The translations under genes were made by a program, and so were the position numbers. Shown here piece by piece: positions 1 to 19,769 of a stretch of 64,000 nucleotides of DNA. Under the pieces are notes generated by a model. The model saw only the letters and a program-made list of their open reading frames with translations, searched no databases and was not told the origin of the DNA. The stretch lies in NCBI RefSeq assembly GCF_009914755.1, contig NC_060947.1. One strand, given 5' to 3'. The first letter of the stretch is position 1. Each line of letters begins with the position of its first letter. Origin of the DNA: the human T2T-CHM13v2.0 reference genome, Homo sapiens.

Positions 1-284
1 CAGCATTTTGAATTGTCACACCTTTTTCGGATAATGGTGTTCTTTTTTTGTTTTCTTTTCATCTGAGCTTGGAAAAAAAGTACTCACAAATACACAAGTA
101 GAGATGAATACAATCATCTGATACTTTTTAGAAAATAAAAACCCATAAGCCTCATTAAATTGACTTAGAAGCTGGAAACAAAGATAAAAATCTTCCAAAT
201 TTATTTACTGAAAGTAGCCTGATACCAAAATCTGGAAAAGACAGTACATGCACAAGGGACCCCAGGTGCGCACGGGCACACAGG

Positions 285-323
<39 letters not shown>

Positions 324-510
324 ACACTCACAGGCATGCACACGCAGAGAGAAATATGGATCTATATCACTTATGAAATCTATCACTAATAAATTTCATT
401 TTGTGCCCCTAAAGTTTCAGTGGATAAATAGCAATGATATGTAGAAAACCTACCACACATCTGGTAGGTTTTTTACTCATGAGAAGATGATGTCATATTT
501 AGAAATATAT
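1..510. repeat. Left arm (inner end) of large inverted repeat/palindrome; continues beyond window start
   Basis: Reverse complement of 7911-8420. Paired coordinates sum to 8421 throughout: ORFs 16..198-/8223..8405+, 155..343-/8078..8266+ and 201..386-/8035..8220+ translate identically. Pairing stops at 511/7910. Confidence 0.97.
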
Positions 511-748
511 ATGTACAACATGGTGACTACTGTGAATAGCAATGCATTGCATACTTGAAATTTGCTAAGAGAGTAGATCTCCAGTGTTCACACCATACAC
601 AAAAGGGTAACTGTGTGAGATGATGGATATGTTAATTAGCTTGATCTTGGTAATCATTTCACAGTGTATACACATATCGAAACATCACATTGTACTTCCT
701 AAATATACGCAGTTTTATTTTTCAGTCATACCTCAGTAAACCTGGGAG
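511..748 (+). mobile_element. L1MA/L1MB-type 3' end fragment
   Basis: Typical L1M 3'UTR motifs TGTACAACATGGTGACTA, CTTGAAATTTGCTAAGAGAGTAGATCT, GGATATGTTAATTAGCTTGAT. Confidence 0.75.
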
Positions 749-767
749 AAATCTCATTTGCTGTAGA

Positions 768-984
768 GGAACACTTCTCATCCAGGGGCATTTTGCCTCC
801 CAGGGAACATCTGGCAATGTTTGGAGACATTTTTGTTTATCGTTACTGGGGAAAAGAGGAGGTGCTTCTGGCATCCAGTGGATCCAGGCTAGTGATGCTA
901 CTTAACTCCCTGAAAGCACAAGACGGCCACGCGCTATAATTATCTCGTCCAAAATGTCAATAGCATCAACGTTGACAAGCTCTG
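768..984 (+). mobile_element. MER20 (hAT-Charlie MITE)
   Basis: GGGGCATTTTGCCTCCCAGGGAACATCTGGCAATGTTTGGAGACATTTTTG ... AAAATGTCAATAG matches the MER20 consensus. Confidence 0.85.
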
Positions 985-1619
985 TCGTAGGGTATTTACA
1001 TAACTCAGAAAAGCCAGAAACAAAATTTAACTCATGTGCAGTCCTGCCAGTGATCCATAACAATTGCTAAACATTTGATATGTGTGTGTGTTAAATTTTC
1101 TGCTACAGTTTTTTACCTCATAATCACCAAAAGACTATGGTTGGAGGAAACTATTTTATTTCAAAGGTTAATTCTTCCACCACATTCTACAAGTGTTTTT
1201 CAAATATTCCACATATTAGTCTGTGCTTAAGAACACATGTCCCTTAAGATTTGTAATTTCAGCTGACTTACATGGAGGGGTATTCTACTAGTATCAATCC
1301 ACCATCACCTGTCTCCTGATTTTCACCTTTCTGAACAGAGGTATCATTTCCATATATTTGGTGAAAATAAAGAAAAGCAGTGCCTCATACCACAATGCAT
1401 GTGATATACAAAGGGCTGCGTGTTTGACTAACTGCATCAAAGCAATCCCATTACCCCACCAGTGACTGGCTTTGAAATGGGCCTTTCCCAGTTGCCATCC
1501 ATGAGATATGGGTGTTTGTTGGCTTACAGTCTTCGAAGAATATTTTCTCAGCTCTTAGAGATATAGAAGAGACACAAAAGATGGTACACACGCACGCACA
1601 CACATATGGTTGCACACAC

Positions 1620-2985
1620 ACAGTCTAAAAGAATATCTAGGATTATAATTAACAAATGAATTTAGTGTGATATTGCTGGGTATAAGGTCAATATCACAAA
1701 ATTCAATTGAATTTGTATATCCTGGCATTAAACATGTAAAGAGACAACTTTTAAATGTCATTTCTCATAGTATCAGAACACATCAAATGCCTAGGAACAA
1801 ATCTAGCAAAGATTCCCAAGACCTCTGCCCGGAAGTCTACACAACATTTTCGAGAGAAATTAAAGAAGACCTAGGTAAATCAGAGCTATATCGCACTTAT
1901 GGACTGGAAGACAATGTCATGAAAGTAAACCGAAGAGAGAATTCTAATGAAAATGATTTATAGATTCAATGTGACCCCAGTGAAATTCCCGGCTCTTTTT
2001 CTGAAAAGGGAAATAAATGGGCACGCCACTTCTAAGTTCTATAAGGATGTCCAAGATCCAAGAAAAGCCAAGGCCTTCTAAAGCAAGAACACTTTTTAGA
2101 ACCCTCACAGCCAGATAGCAATACCAACCATAAAGGTATCATAATTAAGGAAGTGTGGTACGTGCACAGTAATAGACAAATAGACCAATAGAGCAAAGAG
2201 AGGGTCCCACAAACACAGGTGCACATACATACGTATATGGTCACGCTCATTTACAAAAAATGTGCCACCTCAATGCTCTGGAGGCAAGATGGTCTATTAA
2301 ATAAGTGGAGCTGGACTAATTTGGATATCCATATGGAAAAAGATTAACATTGGCCCCTAAGTTACACCATACACAAAGATTAACTCCAGAGGTTATGGCT
2401 TGTACAAAATAATGCATAAGCATATCTGCATGACCTTGGGGGTGAGCAAAGATATCTGAAATAGGACACAGAGTCACTAACGATAAAGGAAAACATTGTT
2501 CATCTTTACGTTATCAAAAGGAAGGACCTCTGTTCATCAAAAGATGAATTTAGAGAATCAAAAGATAAATCTCATGATAGAAGAAAGATATTTGCAATAT
2601 ACATATGTATATACCACAAATGTCTGATGTACAGAATGTAATACCCCCTAAAATCAAGAGGGGAAAAGAATAATGCAACAAAACATTGGCAAAATATTTG
2701 AACAGCACCTTCACAAAACAGGACATCCAGCGGACTAATAGACAAACAGACAAACAGCTGCTCAACCTCAGTCACCAGGGAGAAGTCAGCTAAAGTCCCA
2801 ATGAGATCTCCCCAAACACCTGACAGAAGAGCCAACACAAGCAACAACATGAAGCCTTGGTGAGGATGTGGAAGAGCCCTCTACGGCCGGCAAGAGTGTA
2901 AACAGGTACTTGCACTTTGGAAAACTGTTTGGCCATAGCTATGAAAGCTGAACATGTGCATTTTCTATAAGCCAGCAATTCTGTC
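1620..2985 (+). mobile_element. Old L1M ORF2 3' region (resumes at about 7033-7450 after the MaLR insertion)
   Basis: Degenerate ORF2 motifs (AGACAAATAGACCAATAGAGC, GGATATCCATATGGAAAAAGA, CACCTTCACAAAA) interrupted at AGCCAGCAATTC. Confidence 0.75.
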
Positions 2986-4146
2986 TGTGTTAGTTGCCTA
3001 TTCCTGCAAAACAAGCTGCCAAGCCTTAGTGGCTTGAAAACAGTGTGTATCTTCCAGCTTACAGTTCTGTAGGTCAGAGGCTTTGTTCTCTGCTCCATGT
3101 ATCACAGGGTGAAATCAAGCTCAGCCAGGCAGTGTTTCTCTGCGGAGGCTCTGAGGAGGAATCCGATTCCCAGCTCATTCAGGTTATGGGCAGAATTCAG
3201 TCACGCTCTCAGCTCCTAGGCACCGCCTGCAGTTCCTTGCCATGTAGACCACCCCGTACACCCTCTCACACTTGAATGTCTCAGGAAGAGCCCAGGCCAT
3301 TTTAAGAGCTCACCTGATTAGGTCTGGCCCACCCAGGATAACCTCCTTATGGGAAAGTCTCCTGATCGGGACCGTGATACATCTGCAACATCTATTTCCA
3401 CAAATAATGTGACGTAATCACAGGAGGGATATCTCATCATATTCACAGGCTCTTCTCACACTCAGAGTGAGGGGGTTATACAAGGCCAAGGTTAGTTAGG
3501 GTCAACCTTGGAATTCTCCCCACCACAGTTTGCCCTCTGGCCCCCAGGGATCCATCTGTCTCACATACAAGATACTTTCACCCCATCCCAGATTTCTCAT
3601 GATATTCCAGCATCACCTCAATTCCTGAAGTTCATCTAAATCTTATCAGTTCAAAGTCTTGACTCTCCTCATCTCCACCATCTAAATCAGGCACGGATGA
3701 TGTTCCTGGGTGTGATCCACTCAGTACAACTCCGGGAACAGAGTCCCTCTCCAACTTTGGGTCGGTGACACTAAAGTGACAAGCTATCTTCCTCTAACAC
3801 TCCCAAAATACAGTGATGGGAGAGGCATAGGGTAACAGCTGTAAACATTCTGGTTTGATGCCTGGGGAGGGGAAGAGGAAAGGTAGGAAGGTGTTAGCAT
3901 TCTAAAGCAGACTGGAAATCCAACTGGGAAAACACCAGAATTCTCTGATAAAGTTTCAAAGCCTGGAACATCCTCGGCACCTCTCGGTCCTGCCTGTGGG
4001 CCCTTGGTTCTTCCTCCTGGGTCATGTTTCCTTCTTCATGAATGGTAGCAGGTGTGTGCAGCTGAGTAGTCGTATCAGCCTGCTCCCTGCCCTTAGCATC
4101 TTAGGGGTCCCACAGCCCGTCTCTCTTTTCCTTTGAGGCCAGTGGG

Positions 4147-4244
4147 TCTGGCATCCAGTGGATCCAGGATAGGGATGAGACTTAACCCCCTGAAAGAACA
4201 AGACAGCCTCCCACAAGAATTATCTGACCCCAAATGTCAATAGT
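4147..4244 (+). mobile_element. MER20 fragment inside the MaLR internal region
   Basis: TCTGGCATCCAGTGGATCCAGG ... AAGAATTATCTGACCCCAAATGTCAATAGT. Confidence 0.75.
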
Positions 4245-5646
4245 CAATAATGCAGATGGTCCAGGCTGACAGTATTTCTGCTACCTGAAGTTTCTCAAGA
4301 ACCTTGTGTGATTCATGTGGATTTTACTGGCATTCACTGTATTACACACAAGCCGCGTCGCCCATTTGTTCAAGATACTGCCTTCTTCATTTGCGGTTAT
4401 TGCGGAGATGATGGAGAGACAGCACCCTTAAGCTTCCCAGAGGCCTGCTGATATAGTTGAGACAATCTCTGAGGCACATCTTTAGCTTCCTGAAAGGGGT
4501 TTTTTGTGGGACTGAATACTCTGGACTGTTGGCCTTACTGAGCTCTCAGCAAACGTTGAACCTTGAACAGCCACACTCTCTGAGTTCTCCCTAGGCCACA
4601 CACTCAGAAGCATTCTCTTCATTTAGCGCCCCCACCCCCACCCCCACAGGGATTCCTCTAGCATGGCTCAGTCCAAGTCCCAAAGCCTCTGAACCAGGGA
4701 AGCCGATGTCGTAATTCTCAGTCCAGAGCTGAAGGTCTGAAAACCCACTGGGCCACTGGAATAAGTCCTGAAGTCCCGCCCCTCCCCCCCCCCCAACATC
4801 TACATAGCCTGAAAATTTCCCAAATCATCCCATCCCTGTTCCTTTTGTTTAACATCTCTTCCCACAATTTCTCTTTCACCTTTCACTTTCTATATTGGCA
4901 TCAAGAAGTAAGCAGGCCACTCCTTCCGCAATTTGCTTGGAAGGGTCCTCAGCAATATAATAAATATAACTTCATAATTTTAAAGTTCAGCTTTCCCCCT
5001 TTCCCCATTACCGTGGAATACAATCCTGCCAAGCTCTCTGCCACTCTCTAGTGACATTCCCCCTTCCCATAGTTTCCAGCAACATGCTCCTCACTCCTTC
5101 TGCAGCCCTTACAGTGGGAAACTTTCAAGTTCACATTTGTACTAGAAGTCTGTACACCGTGATTTTGGCCTTCTCAGAGGCAATGTAGGGTCTCCCGAAA
5201 GTCCTCCTTATTGTTGGAGAGCTCCCAGCAGCAGATATTTTAAATTCCAGATTTGTACTGACTGTCTGCTCAAGGCAACCTTGGTTTCTCTCTTAGGCTC
5301 CCCAAATCCTGCCAACCTCCACCCACTGCCTCGGCCATATATCCAAGTTTGTCGTTTATATTTTTCTTCTTTCCACAAAACTGTGGGCAATAATCTTGTT
5401 AAACTTTCGGCCACTACCTAGCAGGGATCTCCCTTTCTCCAGTTTACAATGACGCGTTCCTCCCTCCTTCTGAACCCTCATCAGCAGTGTCCTGAAAAGT
5501 CAGACTTCTACTAACTGTCTGTCCATGGCAATGAAACCTTTCCCAAGGCGATTTAGGCATTCTATCTTGTGCACTTAAGAATTCTTCCAGCCTTCGCCAA
5601 CTACCCAGTTCCAAAGCCACAGTCACACTTTTAGGTGTTTGCAGTG

Positions 5647-6232
5647 TGTGATGGTTAATTTTACGTGTCAACCTGACTGGACCAAGGAATACCTAGAGAA
5701 CTGGTAAGGCATTACTTCTGGCTGTGTCTGTGAGGGTATTTTCAGAGGAGATTGTCATGTGAGTCAGTGGACTGAGTGGCCAACATTCGCCCTTGACAAA
5801 GGCAGGCATCATCCAGTCAGCCAGGGGCCTGGAGAGAACAAAAAAAGGAAAAGAAAGGATTTCTTCCCTTCCCCTTCCCCTTCTCCTTCCCCTTCCCCAT
5901 CCTTTTCCCTTTCTCCTTCCCCTTCCCCTTCCCCTCTCTCTCTCTCTCTGTCTCACAGAGCTAAGACACTCTCCCTCTCCTGATCTTGAACATCACGACT
6001 TCAGACTCTCTGGCACTGGGACTCCAGGACTTACACCAGTGGCCCAATGGGTTCTCAAGCCTTCAGCTTCGGCCTGAGAATTAAAACACCAGCTTCCCTG
6101 CTTTTGAGGCTGCGGGACTTGGACTGAGCCAGCCTCCATCATCACGTGAGTCAATCCCCCTAATAAATCACCTCTTGTACATTTATATCTATCCTATTGG
6201 TTCTGTGTCTTTGGAGAACCCTGAATAATACA
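5647..6232 (+). mobile_element. MLT2 (ERVL) solo LTR nested in the MaLR, containing a CT-rich tract at about 5861-5949
   Basis: Starts TGTGATGGTTAATTTT, ends GGAGAACCCTGAATAATACA; 5-bp TSD CAGTG at 5642-5646 and 6233-6237. Confidence 0.9.
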
Positions 6233-6691
6233 CAGTGTAGCACCGCACATTCAGGTACCAAAACCTATACTGGTTTTCTGTTGGTGCAGAACACATTACT
6301 GCACTCTTAGCAGCTTAAACCAACACTCATTAGCTCACAGTCACGTAGGTCAGAAGTCTGTGCATTGCGTCACTGGCCTCTCAGCTCAGGGTCTCACAGG
6401 GTGGGATGCTGTTAGACTTGCTGTGTTCTTTTCTGGAGTATCTGGGGACGATGCCCTTGCTGACCCATCCATGTTGCAGCTGAATTCAGTGCCCTGCAGC
6501 TAGAGGACTGAGGTCCCCTTCTCTTGCTGGCTGTCAGCGGGGGGACAGCACTCATCTCCTAGAGGACACCTGCAGTTCCTTGTCATGTGCCCCCTCCAAA
6601 CGCTTTCTCTGCTTCAAATCTCTCAGCAAAAACCTAGACCCTTGTAAATGCACATCCGATTAGGTCTGGCCCACCCCACATAATCTCCTTA

Positions 6692-6967
<276 letters not shown>

Positions 6968-7910
6968 TCAATGGAAGGGGACTCGAAAATTCAAGGGTCA
7001 ATGGGAGTCATCATAGAATGCTGACTACCACACAATCCAAGAATATATGCAACAGAAATGCATAAGCATCTTCTCCATAAGTCATGAATGAAGACATTCT
7101 CAGCATCATCACTGATGTGAGTCAGAACCAGAAAACAATCTGAAGGACTCATCACAGTTGAATCGATCAATAGATTGTGGTATATTCATACAACAGACCA
7201 TTATACAACAATAACACAAGCAAACATCTCTACATGCACCAGCATGGGTAGACCTCAAAATAAGAGTATTAAGCAGCAAAACAAGCCAGGCATAAAAATG
7301 TCCATGATTTATAATTCTGTTTGTGTAGGGTTTTAAAACAGACAAAAAAATAACCACACTGACAGAGATCAGAAACCTGGATACTTTCAGGGGTGATGAC
7401 TAGATAGGGACATAATACAGGTTTCTGGGGTGCCACCAATGTTCTATATACTACTACACATCTAAAATCCCGAATGTTGTGTAAACCAATTATTTTTCCT
7501 GACTCGTTTGTCCATAAAACATGACCTGAGCTGATATGATGTTGTTTGTAGTCTTTTGGGGTCTTATCTTTCTGGGTAAAAATATTTACATTTCTCAGTG
7601 GAAATATTGTTTTATCGGGTTCAGCTCACTAGTCCAGACCCTGCCATGGTTCTTATGTAAAGTATGGTTTATGAATTCTAAAACATTTGGTCCCAAGACT
7701 TTCAGGTAAGGGATTGTGGATAGGTGGTATTAGAGGATTTTAACATAATTCTGCCAACCCAACACAGATTTAGTAGACAAGAGCTAAGAAAGACTGAACA
7801 GAGCTTATCGAAGACAGATTGAATTTTAGCCTGTTTTTTTCTTTTTTTTCCAGCAACATTTCAGATGATATGTTTTTTCTCCTTGGACCTATCAATATAA
7901 TGGACTAACA

Positions 7911-8097
7911 ATATATTTCTAAATATGACATCATCTTCTCATGAGTAAAAAACCTACCAGATGTGTGGTAGGTTTTCTACATATCATTGCTATTTATCCA
8001 CTGAAACTTTAGGGGCACAAAATGAAATTTATTAGTGATAGATTTCATAAGTGATATAGATCCATATTTCTCTCTGCGTGTGCATGCCTGTGAGTGT

Positions 8098-8136
<39 letters not shown>

Positions 8137-8420
8137 CCTGTGTGCCCGTGCGCACCTGGGGTCCCTTGTGCATGTACTGTCTTTTCCAGATTTTGGTATC
8201 AGGCTACTTTCAGTAAATAAATTTGGAAGATTTTTATCTTTGTTTCCAGCTTCTAAGTCAATTTAATGAGGCTTATGGGTTTTTATTTTCTAAAAAGTAT
8301 CAGATGATTGTATTCATCTCTACTTGTGTATTTGTGAGTACTTTTTTTCCAAGCTCAGATGAAAAGAAAACAAAAAAAGAACACCATTATCCGAAAAAGG
8401 TGTGACAATTCAAAATGCTG
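7911..8420. repeat. Right arm of palindrome (portion verifiable in window; probably extends much further right)
   Basis: ATATATTTCT at 7911 through CAAAATGCTG at 8420 is the reverse complement of 1-510, including the same-length (CA)/(TG) tract. Confidence 0.97.
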
Positions 8421-8474
8421 CCCACCCTTGGATAGGCAGAGAAGTATACCAGAAAGGACATGGGTGCTGATGTC

Positions 8475-8605
8475 AGACACAGCTTGGGAGACTGTCCCAG
8501 ATCCACCACTTACATAGTGTATGACTTTCAGCAAGTTACTTAGTCTCTTTTAGCCTTGGTTTCTCCATTTGTGAAATGGGGATAAGGTCCCCTTCTACGT
8601 CATTG
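8475..8605 (+). mobile_element. MIR
   Basis: Core GCAAGTTACTTAGTCTCTTTTAGCCTTGGTTTCTCCATTTGTGAAATGGGGATAA. Confidence 0.7.
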
Positions 8606-8890
8606 CCTCCTCATGATTTGGCAGAGGCCGATTTTAACATCATCGCCCTGGCCAATTGGTGTGTAAAGCTGCTGTGATCCTAGGCAATGCATGCCTAGTG
8701 AGGAGGTAATACTGACAGCTGACATCAACCAGCAAGCAAGAGGTAATAACAGTTTTAGAAATTGTATGCATTTGAGGGCATTTATTTAACCTTCAAATTA
8801 TGTTTACAATTTCTGTGCATTCCTTCATGCAAAATTTCTAGACAATTTCTACATAAAATGCACTGTCCATTATTTAATTTTCTCAAATCG

Positions 8891-9217
8891 TATATATATA
8901 TAATATATTATATATAATATATAATATATATAATATATAATATATTATATATATTTAATATATAATATATAATATATATAATATATAATATATAATATAT
9001 AAATTATATATAATATATAATATATTTAATATATAATATATAATATATAATATATAATATATTATATAATATATATTATATATAATATATAATATATAAT
9101 ATATATAATATATTATATAATATATATTATATATAATATATATAATATATAATATATATTATATATAATATATATAATATATAATATATAATATAATATA
9201 TATATTATATATATATA
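8891..9217. repeat. 327-bp pure A/T low-complexity (TATAA/TA)n tract
   Basis: No G or C between 8891 and 9217. Confidence 0.95.
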
Positions 9218-9469
9218 GGATTTTAAGAGTTAAACAGTCATACCTTTTAGTAATTACATTACTAAACAATGTAATAGTAATTTGCATTCAATGAGAACAG
9301 AAGTCATTTGGTTCTGAAAACCTCCCACCCCCACCACACACACCTACTTCTCCTGCTGGCTCCCTGCGACAACTACTTTCAACTGTCATCGGCTTCTCCT
9401 AGGACTTGGCAAGATATTTGCAAGCCATAGACTTATTCTGATTGTGACATGTTTCAAAAATGGCCACAA

Positions 9470-13340
<3,871 letters not shown>

Positions 13341-13498
13341 GTACGTGTTGTCAAACAAAATACAAATCCAGGATTAGTAAAGAGAAACTTTATTCAAAAG
13401 GATGAGTAGAAGGAGGCAAGCTATGTGGAGGGGACTTTTACAGGAGGACATGAGTAGGTAAAGCACAGGTAATGCTTTAGGGCAGTGAAACCATCATG

Positions 13499-13705
13499 TG
13501 CGTTATAGACAGAATGTTTGCTTCCCGCCCAAATTCACGTGTTGAAGTCCCGACTCCCAGTGTGATGGTATTTGCAAGTGAGGCCTCTGGGAGGTAATGG
13601 GGTTTGAGGTTATGAGGTCATGAGGGTGGAGTCTTTATGATAGGGTTCGTGTCCTCCGAAGAAGAGGAAATAAAAATAGCTGTCTCTGTGTGAGGACAGG
13701 GTGAG
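13499..13705 (+). mobile_element. MLT1A-type LTR 5' fragment
   Basis: CAGAATGTTTG..CCAAATTCACGTGTTGAAGTCC..CCCAGTGTGATGGTATTTG. Confidence 0.65.
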
Positions 13706-13709
13706 ATAC

Positions 13710-15150
13710 CCTAATGATGGTTGTATGAGACAAAGCATTTGTCAGAATCCGTGGAAACTGACAGGACACAGAATGAAACTTAACGTGTTTAATCTTTTAA
13801 GACATCATTAGGGAGGTAGGGAACTATCAGGTTGAAATGCAGAATGTGACAAAAGGTTCTAACCTTACCAATGAATGAAAAGCTTCACTGAAGGCTGTGA
13901 AGTACAAAGTGCTGATCTAAGCAACTTTGGAAATGAAAGAAGTGTGTAAGGCTAAAGACAAAGGCAATTGTACATATGCAGCATACTCGACTAGACAAAC
14001 CTGTTGCCGGTATGGACACAGGTTGAAAAATCTGACACCGTTCTCCATGTGTACTGGAACTGCAATGAGTAAATGGATGGTGGAGGGTGAGAGGCAGGTT
14101 TTTCACTGCTGGAGAGGGAGGTGCAGATCGTAATGTGGCAGGGGCAAGAATGATTCGTGCTGCAATGGAATAGAGTTGCAGACATGGGTAGGAACTCATA
14201 TTCAGCTTATTATAGATCCTCATGGTCATGTATCAAAATATTTATAGAAATGTGTACATACGTGGGTTAGTATACATACATACGTATTTCCTTTCTGCTT
14301 CAGCAGAGAGGGCCTAGGAACCACTAGACTCTGGCAGCTACGAGCACACCTAGTTGCCAGACGTTGGTCTCTGATACCATTTTCTAATAAAAGGAAACAG
14401 AAATCCTTGGAGAATTGGCTGATCCTAGGAGCTAGTAAATAGGCCAGACCAGCCTAGAACATATGCAAGACAGAAATGTGCAGGATGAGCCACAAAGCAA
14501 GGAATTACACAAAATGGAGCCCCAAATAATGGGAGCATACCAACGGGACCTAGGGGTGAACTGAACGTGCACCCAGTGGCCACAACTGCAAGAATGATAA
14601 TAATGAAAAAGAAATAGCAAAGTATTGGATTATAATCTAAAGTATCAAGTAAATATCCGTGAAAGTATCATGATATACATAAACGATTGAATAAGGAAAT
14701 AAATGCAGGAGCATAGATAGCTGTGCCATGAAGGAGAATTCCAAAGAATGTATGTAGATACTCTGCCTCAAAGAAAGGATTTAAAACTTAGCACCAGTTA
14801 GGTGTGAACTTCGCTTAATGACTTCCTTCCAAAGAGTAGCATGTGGACAGGGGTTAAAAGAGCAACTTTTCATGGGAGCACCCTGTCCAACACTGCTTCT
14901 GCCAGGTGACCAAGGTCAACTTACACAATCAAAACTGATGTTGATATTATGTACCCTTGATGCGATCAGACGAAAACAGCTCTTTACCTTTGTGGTGATT
15001 CTCCGGTAGCTCACAACATCAGTCTAATCATGAGACAAGCATTAGAAAAACTTGAGTTGAAAAATATTCTAGGGAGGCCGGTGCAGGCAGATCACTTGAG
15101 TCCAGGAGTTCAAGACCAGCCTGGGCAACATGGCAAAACCTTGTCTCTAC

Positions 15151-15203
<53 letters not shown>

Positions 15204-15500
15204 GTCACAAATTAGCCGGGCATAGTGGCGCATGCCTGTAGTCCCATGTACTTTGGGAAGCAAGGAACCCTGTCTCAAAAAAAAAAAAAAAAAAAAAAGA
15301 AAAAGAAAAAGAAAAAAAAAAAGATATTCTAGAAAATACCTCACTAGTGACCCTGAAAACTCTCAAGGTCATGGAAACAAGCAAAGTCTGAGAAGTTGTC
15401 CCAGCCAAGAGGAACCTAAGGCAGTATGATGATTAAATGTAGTGTGGTAGGCTGCATGGTATCTGGGAACAGAAAAAAAAAATGATATTAGGTAGGAAGT
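13710..15500 (+). mobile_element. L1MC/MD 3' region
   Basis: GTGCTGATCTAAGCAACTTTGGAAATGA, GATACCATTTTCTAATAAAAGGAA, CAAAGTCTGAGAAGTTGTCCCAGCCAAGAGGAACCTAAGG. Confidence 0.65.
15073..15320 (+). mobile_element. Truncated, internally deleted AluJ with about (AC)24 in the middle linker
   Basis: GATCACTTGAGTCCAGGAGTTCAAGACCAGCCTGGGCAACATGG; TSD AAAATATTCTAG (15061-15072) / AAGATATTCTAG (15321-15332). Confidence 0.85.
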
Positions 15501-15539
15501 AAGTAGGAAACCTGGAATAAAGTGTGGACTTTAGTTTTT

Positions 15540-17745
<2,206 letters not shown>

Positions 17746-18112
17746 TTAGAAGAGTCTTTCCGTGCCCCTCCCACACGCCCCTCCAATTACAGTGTGTGGG
17801 CGTTCCTCTCTGTTCCCAGAGCCCCTGGTTCTTATTTCTGTCAGAGCAAAGTGTCCCAAGGTGTTGGGGACTGTATTTGCATACACCTGATCCTAAATGA
17901 ATGTGAGTGCTTTGGAAAGCCTGATGCATCTCCACATCCCAGCGCCCAGGTGAGGGTATCTGGTGCCCGGCAGGTGTTTGCTGAACGCCTCATGACTGCC
18001 TTTCAGGCCAGCGAAGGCTGTTGTGATAGGGTCAAGGGAAGGGTCTCTTTACATCGCATTCAACAAGGGGCCAATCCTGCTGGCGCAGGCAAGGAGGCTG
18101 CTCAGCGACTGA

Positions 18113-19050
<938 letters not shown>

Positions 19051-19647
19051 ATCCCATGCTGTGAAAGAGGTGTTTCTGGCCTGGTCACACCGGGGATTCC
19101 CTTCCAGTATTTGCCCTTCCCCTCCGCTAGTTTTCAGTGAACTCGCTTACGATCCAAATCTTGAACACACCTTTGTCTGCGTAGTACAACGTTAATCTTG
19201 CAATTCGGTAAGGAAGAAGAGTGTCTCTGATTTTTCAAACCATCCATTGTATCTCTCGCTTTTACTGTTCTGCCTACAGTTGTCACAAATCACCTGCAGA
19301 TGATTCCTGTGTACTGTACGTTCCTGGTGCTATTGTGAACAGGCTTGTTGTTTTCAGCGCTTTGCCTCTGGTGTGTAGGACGGCAACACACAACCAGTTT
19401 GTAAACATGTGCTAGGACGTCTTCCATTGATTATGGTGTGCGTGGGCTCCCGCACCTGTGAGTTTCAGGTAGACGTTCATATTTTCACTGCTTAGATTCG
19501 AGTTATGCTATTTACTGGTTTTTAAATGATATATTTCAAGATTTGGTCGTGTTACATACCTCATTACTCTTTATTTCCTGTAACAGCGAAAGCTGTTACT
19601 ATTTCGCTTGTTGTTTGGGAAGTGTCTCTGGGTAAGGAGATGGGGAT

Positions 19648-19701
19648 ACAGGAATGAGAAAGACATCTGTGCACACAGGAATGAGAAAGACATCTGCGCA
19701 C
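19648..19701 (+). repeat. 27-bp tandem duplication (1 mismatch) in the presumptive CENPVL1 3'UTR
   Basis: ACAGGAATGAGAAAGACATCTGTGCAC / ACAGGAATGAGAAAGACATCTGCGCAC. Confidence 0.95.
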
Positions 19702-19763
19702 TGTCTGCCCTCTTTAATCTTTTGAAATACCTGTCTTGTACATGTGTTAAGTATATAGAAATC

Positions 19764-19769
19764 AGTAAA
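19764..19769 (+). terminator. Candidate variant polyadenylation signal AGTAAA for CENPVL1
   Basis: No AATAAA seen between the stop codon and here; AGTAAA is followed by GU-rich TATGTGTGTTGGTGTGT. Confidence 0.35.

Noticed and set aside
5693-6077. Arg/Gly-rich and Ser/Pro-rich ORFs
   Set aside because: Translations of the CT-rich tract in the MLT2 LTR.
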